Assembly: GCA_965202585.1 (NCBI GenBank)
Contig: OZ241834.1
Location: 11,594,001 to 11,658,000 of the forward strand
DNA length: 64,000 nucleotides
Origin: Thalia democratica
Taxonomy: Eukaryota
Direction: 5' to 3'
Shown here: piece after piece, positions 38,410 to 49,586 of the stretch
How positions within the stretch are numbered: the stretch's first letter is position 1
Layout of the letters: the number at the start of each line of letters is the position of its first letter
Notes under the pieces: model-generated
The model's input: the letters and a program-made list of their open reading frames with translations, nothing else
Told to the model about the DNA's origin: nothing
Databases searched by the model: none
Made by a program: the position numbers and the translations under genes

Positions 38410-41056
38410 TTATAAGTAACTTGGGTATTACAATGAATAGTAACTTAAACTGGTCTGAAAAATAGTAAGTTTAAAGCTAAATTACTTAAATCAAAAGCTA
38501 CTATATAAAAAACATAAGGTATGGTTTACTATGCTGGAGTAGGGCTAATAAAGTTAAACTGAACGAGATTAACAGACTTATAAGCAGAACAATAAGATGC
38601 ATGCATTATAAAAACTTGAAAGAAAATGTTAAGAAAACGTTAAATGTTGAAAATGCAGAGTCACAAATGCAAATTTCAAGAGATTTAACTGATTTAATTG
38701 AGAACTTTTATAACTTAAAACTGTTTTTTTTTTAACTTTGTTTTCCAATTAATGAATAATTTGCTAACTTATTAGGCTTATTTTATTAAAAAATGTTGAT
38801 TCAGTCACACAGGTACTCATTGAAAATATGTTTGAGTATGACTTTTTATATTTGTTTGAGTTTTTATGCATAAATTCAAAAGAGAGATATTATAACTTAT
38901 TTTTAAAACTTATTTTACTAACATTAATAAAATATATAATCATTTAAGAAAATTTTCAGAACAAACTTTTTTTTGGAGTAAATAGTCTTTATGGTCTTAT
39001 GACATTATCTTATCTTTGATGTAAAATAGGGGATGAAATGCCAAGAAATTTAAAAGACCAAAACTATTTTCAGACATTTCAATATGGACTGAAAAATGTT
39101 TTACTTAAAAGTAAATAAGATAACTGTCATATTTAAATATTATATACTTTTACTTAGAATTATTTCATTGCTATAAGGTTTTGTACCCTCATTTTTCTTT
39201 AGACTAATTGCTGGTGGTCTCGTTGACTGGTTATAAGCAGAACTGAAATGGTCTAATTTGTTTTTTCTTTTAAAATATAACAGTGTGGTTTTATTTTTAA
39301 TGACAGTGTCATTAAAAAAGTAGTCTTATTATTGTAATTTATTTTAGTGAATTTTAAGTGTTATAAATATTTCAGTAGATAGAGATCCTAAAAATTGTGA
39401 AAACATCATTTTAAAAAGGGGAAGAAAAGTTTGAAATAGAAAAATCAAAATGTAAGAGAGGAGATGATGTGGTATCCATGGTAGATTATGGTCAAAATTA
39501 GCAGCTATGGGTTTGACAGGGTTCATGCGCCAAACTTTTCCATTTAGCCTGACTGAGAATAATTTAGCCTGACATTTTTTTAAATTAAGGAAAATCCCCT
39601 TTAGAAGTCATTTTAGGTATTGTGGGGTTTTGATTAGTACTATTGTAGTCTCTGACTTTAGCCAGCTTTATCTCATAAATACTTTGAGCTTTAAAAACCA
39701 GCAAAAAGCAACTCATAGCTTAGTTACAACTTATAAAATAAGACTAAATTTCGAAAAAGGTGATTGACCCTTAACATAACAAATTCAGTAATAATTTTTA
39801 AAATAAGTGTTAAATCTAATCTGTTACTCATGAAAAATTTTAATATATATTACTAAACACAATTGTTCAATTTAAATAAGCACTAAGTAAAAACATTATA
39901 ACAGAAGATTTATAATATAACAACGTACATTGTCTTGTTTTGTTAAAATTTAAAATGAAACACTTCTGCGAGTATTAAAATAAGTAAAAATGTTTATTAT
40001 AGTATTTTGACTAACACTTAAAATTGATACATAATTATAATCTTTAACTCTAAATAAATACAGTGATTCTGACGTCGTATCAGATTTAAAAAGCTTACAC
40101 TATAATTAAATAAAAAAACTTTAATGTTTTGTTCTTGTAAAGAAAAATAAATTGTACCTAAAATTTGTACTCCCACAAAACTTAGTACTTATATTTTAAA
40201 GCTAAATTTTAGTGTTGTGAATATCTCTAATAACTTTTAAACAAACAGTAAAATATTTGAATAAACTGCTAAGAGTTTTAATCTAAAAAGTATTTGGTAT
40301 AAAGCCTCTAAATTAGAAATTAAAATAGTTCAACCAACTAAGCTCTGAAAAAACATAGCTGATGTAAACAAATTCAAACAAACAGCTAAGTTGTTGATTT
40401 AAACTCTAATGTTTAACCTGTATTTATTTATGAATTTTCATAATTATGACTATATAATCTACTCAAAACAAAATAATGAAAATCATTATTTTTCTTTAGA
40501 GATTCAACAAAAGGTCTTGAGCATTCATATTTACAAATACTGACTGATTTTTTCTTTAATAACTAAATCTTTATTTAGAAATAAATTCACAATTCAATTT
40601 GATCCTAAAAAGATTTCTCAATTTTTTTTAATCAAAATTTTCATGCATTTGAACTGTTAAAAACTGAGATTCTCAATTTTTTAAATAAAAAAACTTATTT
40701 AGTTTGATGTTTTTTAACTTTTTTCAAAAAAAAAACAGATTTAGCCTGATGCACTAATTTATTTAAAAAAGATACATGTAAATAAATTAAATCTTAAAAT
40801 CTATGTTTTTATTATTAAAAAGTTATCTCAAAAAAATTTTCAAGCAAATGGTATGCAGCTCAGGAGCAAAAGGTTTTTCTCTTTAAACCAATCTATTGAC
40901 CATAGTTGTGGTTCAATTTTTTTTCTTTTTGATTAAAATATTTCTTAAAACACATATAAACTTTATTTTGTGATATTTTAAGTCAATGAATATGTAAACC
41001 ATGCATTTACCATTTTAATTACAAATTAACCATTATAGCATTTATGTACTGTTCAA

Positions 41057-41095
41057 AGTGGCTCCATGCTTTGAAGTTCAAAGCATGGAGCCACT
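41057..41095. repeat. Perfect 39-bp palindrome (19-bp arms, 1-nt centre)
   Basis: AGTGGCTCCATGCTTTGAA-G-TTCAAAGCATGGAGCCACT. Confidence 0.95.
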
Positions 41096-41999
41096 AATGG
41101 TGAAGTCCCTTAAAAGGTAAAAAATATTTCTGCTGGCTGCAGTGGTGCTTTTCAAATAAGAAGCTAGAATTAGATTAAGACTTAACAAAAAAAATTGAAT
41201 TCAGAGAAAATCCCAATCTAATACTTTTACGTGAGTAATCTTATTGAAAGATTAACCATTTTCAAAACACTTTTAAGCTAAAAATGCTCACTCACTTTAG
41301 TTACTTTTATTAGGAGCTGCCTTTACCAAAGAAGTTCTTTTAAAACTTTTTGGAATTTATTAAAAAAATAAACAGCCGACTCCTACTTTACCAATTAATT
41401 ATTTTATTAATTATAAAATACAATATATATTTAATTCAGGTCTTTATGATTTTATGTATGTCGCTGTAAATTAATTATCGGTCAGTACATTGTAAGCCTA
41501 GTAATAATTATGTTTTTTGTGTTTTGTTTTTTCTTTAAAGTTTAATTTTTTCCTTAAAGTTTAATTTTTCATTTTTTCACTTTTTGATTTTTACATTTGA
41601 ACTAAATCTGCTTACTAATTCTATATAACTTTGATTCAATCATTACTAACATTCAATACATAATATACATGTTACACCGAGTTTCTGTGACTTTTATTGC
41701 CTTCAGCGTCGTTAAGTTTTATTAAATTTTATTGATTTACTAACTAATGGTTAATATTTTATTTTTGTTCAAAATAGATTACATAAAAACAAAATTAATG
41801 TTCTTACGATACAAATTAAACAGTTTAAATAACCTCATTTACATTATAACGTAATTATTAGTTGTAACGAATGTATTTTTTTCGTTAGTTAACAACAGTA
41901 AATTTTGATTTAGTTATCTTTTCTATTAACGTAAGTTGTTTGTTTATATTATGTTTTGTTGTGTAATTTAGCTTACTTATTTATTTTAGACTTAATAAT

Positions 42000-42290
42000 T
42001 ACAAATATCATATAGTTTTATAACAGTCGGATTTAATATTTAGTATTTCACCTATTAATAACTATTATCTGTAGAATATATATTATTTTAATGAAAACAT
42101 ATATACACCTGCTTATTCTATGCTTCTATTCTCTCATTACAGTAATTATTTTTTTACAGAACCAAGTTGAAGTGTGTTGATTCGTTGACTCACAGAAACA
42201 TATGTTGGTAGAATAAAGGAAGATTACTGTATAATTTGTTTTTATTAAAAAAATATATAAATATGACTTTTTGTGTTTGTATTATTATGT
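42000..42290 (+). repeat. Dispersed repeat, second copy at about 52190-52430
   Basis: Shared segments CGGATTTAA...ACAGAACC(A/T)AGTT(G/A)AAGTGTGTT...ACTGTATAATTTGTTTTTATTAAAAAAA. Confidence 0.75.
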
Positions 42291-42411
42291 TTAAAAATAT
42301 ATGTTAAAATTCTATTCGCTTCAGCTACTGTTTTACTAAGACGTGTTGTATAAGTTATACGGCTCTTTTGAGTTTTTTAAGTTTTCTTTTGTCTTTCTCA
42401 TCACGTTATAC

Positions 42412-43127
42412 CAGGGACGTAGCTAGCTTAAAAAAGTTACGAATCTGCAAAAACAAAAACATTTGAAAAAATACGTCCTAGCAGGAACACAGCAACTTAA
42501 TTTACCTCTAATAATATTGAATTTAATCTGAAAATATGCAATTATGTTAATAGTTAATACATCAAAAATGGAATGTTGAAGTAAGAGTGGTAACTGTATA
42601 CAAGGCAATTTATTTTGCTCCACACCCCATATGACTCTTTATGTCATGTCACTTGTGTAAACCCAGAAAACATTCACTAAAAAAAATCACAATTTAACTC
42701 AAAAACATTAATATTATTTTCATTCAAACATTTAAACGTATAAAACCAAACATTTAACGTAGTCAATAGTTATGCAAACTTTTGTAACATAAAATTGTAT
42801 GATTTTAAATTTTGAAGCTACAGCTTCCAATAGATTCAATTTTTCATTTTTGTAGATTGTAGCTTTTTGATAAAACAAAACTTTAACGCGCTAAATGTTA
42901 CAATTTGGATGTATTTAATTCGTTCAATTTTTTTACGACACTAAAAATGCTAAAGAGTACATATATGTCAAAATTATCTCTCAGGAGTGCATAATCTAAG
43001 AATATAAATGAATACTAAAAGCTAAGAAAGCAGAGTCTTTTCAAGCTGAAACAAAACCAAGTTTTTTCGCACATAAGTATACGTTTCTGCAGTAGATTTG
43101 CAGAAACGTACCAAGCTACGTCGCGTG
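42412..43127. mobile_element. 716-bp non-autonomous hAT element with a perfect 8-bp TSD
   Basis: TIR CAGGGACGTAGCT...AGCTACGTCGCGTG. Identical flanks CGTTATAC at 42404-42411 and 43128-43135. Confidence 0.85.
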
Positions 43128-45090
43128 CGTTATACGTTGTATGAGTATTAAATATTAGTTTAGTAAAGTTTTGGACGCGAACTACATAAATTTTGTTTTT
43201 AAATAGTATAAGCATATTTTCTTTTGAATGGTATACTAAACGTCATTTTATTTATTTTAAAGTAAATTTAGTAATAGTTTTTTATAAACGATAAATGTTG
43301 GCATCTCATTTAAACTTTACTCTTATTACTCTTGTCATGGACAAGACGTAAAAGGGTATCCAAGTTGTTTGCAACACGATAACCGAAAGGTTTTATTGTG
43401 CACCAGGTCTTAGGACAAAATATTTAGAACGCTTTTTTGTAGTTCAATAAATAATAATGTCAATTTTTTTTTTTTAAATTTATATTTTAATTTTTTGTGT
43501 CTGGTAAAAAAGCGATATGTTATTTTTAATTTAATTGTAATACTTTTTTTTCTAGTGTTTAAATGTGTTAAAGATAGTCACAATAGAAGTTTCTAAAAAT
43601 ATAACTGCCTTGTTCTTATAGTACTTTCAGATTATATTTGATACCATTAATAAATTAATACTCACTTTAGTCACACAATTGATTTTTTCTGACAATATTA
43701 ACTTGTTTACTTTTAACAATTTCAATAAAATAGCTGAAATTGTGCTCAACTGACTCATAGTTTATAACATATCAAAAATAGTATATTATTTAGGTTCCTT
43801 AGTTTAAAATATACAATGGAAACTTTAAAACAACTTAATACAAAAGAGTTCTCCAAAAAATTTTTAGTTCAGCTTTATTCAAGTTGAGTTCTTTTTTTAA
43901 TCGCAATTGTAATCAATACGTGTAATAAAAAAAAAACTTCCTTAATTTATGTTAGTATTGAAATCACGGAAGTATCTTATTTGACTTGTAAAACACTTAT
44001 TTATAACCTAACATAAGTAAATTAATTAAATTAATTGTTTTATTGATAAGAAAGTTTATAACGTGACGATAGATGTTAAAAATTTTCTTTCTACATTTTA
44101 TATTGGTATATCATTATACTATTTACTATATATGACATATACCTGTAATATTCAACTCGTTTTTAGCTTGTCAAGCAACCTGTTTGAATGATAATGATGT
44201 TTTGAATATTTTTTTGATACATTGATTTGAAGTTATTGTTTACAGTTTTTAAAATTTGTCAAACATTAATTTTGTATTTTTCCAATGTGTACAGTGAAAA
44301 CAAGTAGGTTATCTAGTAAAAAAAAATCAAGTAGTTTCCTTAATCAATAATTAATTTTCTTCAAAAGTATTTCCTATAACTTTTTTGCAGCTATCTCTAC
44401 TGTATTAATATGTTTAAACATATAAGGACGCATGCAGTATTTACTTTCACAAAAGTAAAACAAAGTAGCGAAACTGCTTAAGATAAAAACTAACGAACTA
44501 AGCAATTTTTCTTACGCTGTTAGAGCATGTAAATTATATTACAATATTGTATACCATATTTATTTATAAGTAATTAAAAGTGATATTATTATATCTCTAT
44601 CTTTAACGGGTATAAATAGGTATAGCAACTTAATTTAGTTATAAAATAAACAACAAAAACAATTTATTACTTTCACAAACGAACGATTCAAAATGGTGCG
44701 CGACGCTTAAGTTTTCTACACATTAATCTTATACGAACTTCAATATCGATAAAGGTGGAAAATACAATATTTATGAACGTAGAAATCCTATCAAAATTGT
44801 TTCATATCGTACCACAGCTTACGTCTTCGGCCTCGAAGTCTCACGTAAGCTGTTTTATATCGTTTTCTAATTAAACTCTGCGGCTGCGCACTCCCAAGCC
44901 AACTATTTTGTATCGTAATGCCATTCACGTCTCCGGCCTCGAAGTCTCACGTGAAAAGCTGCAACTACTTCCACGAAGGAAGAGTCGCCCCGTTGAAGCG
45001 GCCTAGGTCCGCTCCGTAGGGTAGTTGAGGTATAATAACCTAATTTGTAGATGTGCTTCATCGTTTATATACATTTTTACTCTCTCTTTT

Positions 45091-45250
45091 GCAGGTGGCT
45101 TGACATGTTGACAGTTGCAGGTGGCTTGACTTGTTGACAGTTGCAGGTGGCTTGACATGTTGACAATTGCAGGTGTCTCGTTGCATGTTGGAAGCTGCAA
45201 GTGTTTCGGCATGTTGGAATGTGCATGTTGGAATCTGCAGGTGTCTCAGC
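45091..45250. repeat. 26-bp minisatellite (about 6 units, degenerating rightwards)
   Basis: Three near-identical copies of GCAGGTGGCTTGACATGTTGACAGTT, followed by diverged units. Confidence 0.9.
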
Positions 45251-47197
45251 ACGGTTTTAATAGCCAGCTTACATACTCACCTGTTTTTGCACACGGCAAT
45301 TAATGAATACTAAATTGTATTTATTTTGCCTTTGTCAATCAAAAAATTTTCAGTAGAATTTAAAATGTAAATTAGAGAACTGTTGTTATTATTTATTTGA
45401 AACTTGTCCTTTGAAAGGAATTTTTAATTAAAAAAGTTTTAAAATTTATTCTAATACATGCATCGACATATGGACAATTGAAGTAAAATAAGTATAATTT
45501 CACATAAATGTCCAACAACAATATTGAAACTAGTGACATTTAATTCTGATGATATCAATTGAAAGTTCATCAAGTTTGCGTCACAAATTGCAAACCTAAC
45601 TTAGATAAAAGTTCATTTGAGTTTAAAAACTTTTTACTAGTAACTGTTGTAAAACAATTATCAAAACTTATTTTACTTGTATACAGCTTTTTAGATTATG
45701 TAGTTTTACATTTCACTTTTACTATTTAAATAATTGTCATTCACATTTAAAATTACTCTCGTTTATAATTAATTATTTTTAAACCTTATGTTCGTTAATA
45801 TTAGTTTCGTTGACTAAATTTCAATAAGGTTTTTGTTTATGAATATAATAACTAATGTACTTTTATTTAAAATATCTTAATTACCGTTTTATTTTTATTA
45901 ACTTTAGTGTTGTAAACGTTTTCTTAATAAAATTTTTTAATAAACATTGGAAACAAATATATAAGGACAATGTATTTAAAACTAAATCTTAATTCAAAGG
46001 TACACAACCAAATAATAGATAAAAACTTGAACATTTTATTAAAAAAATTAAATTTAAAATTATAAATTTAGCTTTAATAAAAAAATTTTTGCTAATAAGT
46101 ATAAAAATATTAACACGTATAAGACTATAACATATGGAGCAATGTGAAAAGTTATGTAGTACAAAAGTAAACTTACACAGATTGTTATAAAAGTTCTTAA
46201 CGTAAATACCGAAAAAAGCGTATGTTGTAAATAAATTCTTGGCAAGTTGAATGCATGGAAATGACTTATTAATATTTTTTACTACTGTTATACAGCAAAA
46301 GATGTTATTAAAATACTAAGTCACATTATTTTGTTTTTTTGAGCGCAAAATACACAGAGCTTTAAATTAGTTGGTGTCGAAAATGCACGAAGGCTCTTTT
46401 TTGCACGAAGTAATTTTTGAAGGGAAGATAAAAAGTAACGCTGTGTAAAATTGACGTCTCTTCCAAAAGTGAATCTGTACGTTTTTTACCCAGCCCAGTT
46501 TCTTTAGTTTCTTTTTTTTAGTTAATTTTAAACGTATTTATTTGTTAAGCTGGGTAAAATCTACTTTTGTTTAAACAATACTTAAAGTTAGTACGTTTTT
46601 CTCGTTCCGATAGTTTATAATTGCTAATTAAGTAGAAAAATATAATTTTATACCCAAATGTGAGAATTATAAAAAAATGCAAAAACAACAGTACCACAAA
46701 CTATTCTTAAGGATCTAATCAACCTGCAAAACCGGTAGAGTATGAATTAATTTTTATTTTGCTTGTCTGTATAAAGGTTCAGTATAAATTAATTTAAAAG
46801 CTGCTGTTTGGCATTTAAGGAAGCAAGTGTTTTTTTTTGAATTTATTTATTTGTATCAAAGTTAACCTTTGTTTTCAGGAAAACAAACGTCGTTATTTGT
46901 GTAACACATAAGGAAATAAAAGAATACTTACTTATATTATATAAATGATTTTTAATATGTTTTTAGTCAGACAAAATAGATTCACTTAACTTTCAAAACC
47001 ATCTAGACACTTTTATTATATTGTGTTTAGAAGTTAACAATTAAGTTTACATGCTGAATTTATATTTATCTTTCATATTTTTTTAATTACTTTTGTTTTT
47101 AATTAATATTTTTTAAAATCAAGAAAAAAATAAGTTGTTTTTAATAAATAGACTAAATGAATTAATGGAGTTTTATACAATATTTTTTTTACAGCAA

Positions 47198-49586
47198 ATG
47201 AATATGAACAATTTATTTAACAAAATAATTTTATTATTATTGTCACTCTTTACATTTTCTTTAAGCAAAGAAAACAAAACAAAACAAATTTAACCATCGA
47301 ACTTTTTTCCTCATCTGATGATATCAAAGTAAATATTTCCGCTAGTAAACTATTCATTCAAAAACAACTTGATGTAACTGATATTATTGGAAGTTTTAGG
47401 TGTTGGGGACACAAGGCAAACTGCCCGTATGTTGACATAAACAAGGTTATTCCCCAAAACAGATCTTGTTGCAAAAACCTGACGCGGTTGTTCGAGTGCT
47501 CCTACGAGGACAAAACGCAGCTGTTGAGGTATTTGAACTTGCTCAAGTCGTGGAAGTGCACCGAGCAACTTGAACAAGAATGCAGATTGAAAACTTTTAG
47601 CTTCAATGAGCTTTCCGATAAAATGTACTCGTCAGTTTGTGACGTAGCAGAGTTCAATACAACATGCAACGTTTTAAATAAAAAGAAAACGCACTTTTAT
47701 GATGGAGGTTTATCAGATAAAAATGAAATTGTTACTGATCCTTGCGCGACAGTTGAAGAATTTTACAGGTTTGGTTCTGAAACGTTTGTGATTTTTTATA
47801 AATCGCTTCCTATGTGTCCAGTCATTTGGTGTGCGGTTCAAAATAAAAATTCAGTGTATTTTGAAATACCATTTTGGAAGTGTGGTCCTAAAAGGTAAAA
47901 TTTTTTTTCTTAATTATGTTCATATTGATTTCATAAATGTCTTAATGTTCAATACCTAACATTAATGTATATTAATAACTGTTAAAAAAATTAAACCAAA
48001 ATACATATTAAAAAAGTGCGCTGGTTAACTATTAGGCACATACTAAGCTTAATAAATATCAAAAAAGGTTATCATAACAATAACGCATATAAATTTTCTG
48101 TTACAAAATCTATTTATTGATTGTAAAACTTTAAGAAAACTTAAGTTATTAAAACAAATTTTAACTATATAAACTATTTAAAACTTTATTTATGATTTTT
48201 AAAGCTAAAAAAATTAGTTAATTATCTTAAAATTTCAGCTGTGAACTGTTGAACATCTTTATAGCAGCTTTTCCAACAACAATTGGAGCAACTTTAGTTT
48301 TGGTTAATACGCTCGCTATAGTTGTGATCTTCAAATACAAGTGTTTGCAGAACAGCCAATCACCTTACAAAGTTTTACTCGTATTTGCAGATATTTTGTT
48401 CGCGGTCATGATAACGTTCGCAACGTTGAACAATTTACTCTTTTTTTATGATTCTTCATTTGAAAAAACCGACTATTATGGCTAAAGCAATAAATTATCC
48501 TATTTTAAGTTCACTCCAAGTAGATCCTTTGGCAATTTTTGGTTCCTTCGAAATTTACTTTTTGTTGTTCTGCTAGTATCGCTCTACACACTTCTTGCTG
48601 CATCGGTCGATCGTCTTTTTGCTGTGTTTCGCCCGCTTAAATACCGCGCGATGAATGTTAAAAGGATATAAAAATTTGTTTGTGTTGCAGTTTGGGTTTT
48701 GTGCTTAGCTCTGGCGTGTTTGCCAATTATCAATGGATACGGATTTCAGGGTTATTTCAGAGTTCTTATAATTTCAGAGAAGGGTTGATCATGCCAATTC
48801 GATCATCAGACCACAAGTTTCGGTAGACTGAGACCGGTCTCAGTCTACCGAAACTTGTGGTCTGATGATCGAATTGGCATGATCAACCCTTTTGTTAAAT
48901 TTGAGCTTGTCTCACGGCAAACAGAAGTCCGGACTTGTTTTGCAGACTTTCGCCGATTTTTGTTGATAATTTCAGAGATTGAAAATAAATACACCTTTGG
49001 TGTGATCTACAGTTTACTTCTTGGTGTGCCTTTTGTTCTGATGTTAGCATCGAGTTTTACAACGTACTGTTACGTTAGAAAACATACCCACAACTCAAAG
49101 CAACTTTGTTCAATAAGAGATAAATCGAAAAATACCGAAAACCGATTGGCTAAAACTTTGACGCAAAGGTTGTAGCTTTTGGCTTTAAGACTCTACCATC
49201 GATCGCAACCTTGATGGTTGCAATTGTTTTACCGAATATAAACTTTAAAAAGCCGCGTTAGTTTAGCATACACGCTTTCAATGCGCTTGATTCGTTCGGA
49301 ACCGTAGCATACTTGTGCTTAACTTGCTCGACAATACTGAACTTTTTGATTTACAGCTTGAAGAACGATGTTTTTCGCAAATGTGTTGTTAAACTTATGG
49401 TGGATATATAAAAAAAATTTAAAACTTTTTTGTATAATTAACAGAATTTTTAGGTTGAGAAACACTGCAAGAACTACTTTTGTTAGAAATCTGCCTGAAA
49501 GTAGTGTTACAAAAACTACAACACTTCAAAAAGAGAACTTTGATTTAGCTTTACTAAACAGCGTTAACGGCTCATCCTTGACATAG
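47198..49586 (+). pseudogene. Rhodopsin-class (class A) GPCR pseudogene with signal peptide and Cys-rich N-terminal ectodomain
   Basis: Exon 1 (47198-47894) has a signal peptide MNMNNLFNKIILLLLSLFTFSLS, a frameshift at (AAAAC)3, and a Cys-rich domain. Exon 2 starts at 48239 and has seven hydrophobic segments with LxFAD, DRL.AV.RPLKY and LNFLIYS motifs. Stops at 48483 and 48669, an insertion at 48781, a frameshift near 49165 and further stops. Confidence 0.88.
48781..48965. mobile_element. 185-bp insertion with a 13-bp TSD containing a perfect 110-bp palindrome
   Basis: ATAATTTCAGAGA is duplicated at 48768-48780 and 48966-48978. Bases 48781-48890 are self-complementary about the centre 48835/48836. 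Confidence 0.93.

Noticed and set aside
45003-45252. CRISPR-like array or repeat protein
   Set aside because: The 26-bp units are contiguous with no unique spacers, there are no cas genes, and the context is eukaryotic. The ORFs merely translate the minisatellite.
48862-48900. CTGATGA in the palindrome arm as the 5' half of a complete hammerhead
   Set aside because: It is not followed by a stem II closed by GAAA, so only the 3' half-core is supported.
48855-49175. Independent 106-aa protein
   Set aside because: Its N-terminus comes from the insertion and the rest is TM5/ICL3 of the GPCR pseudogene.
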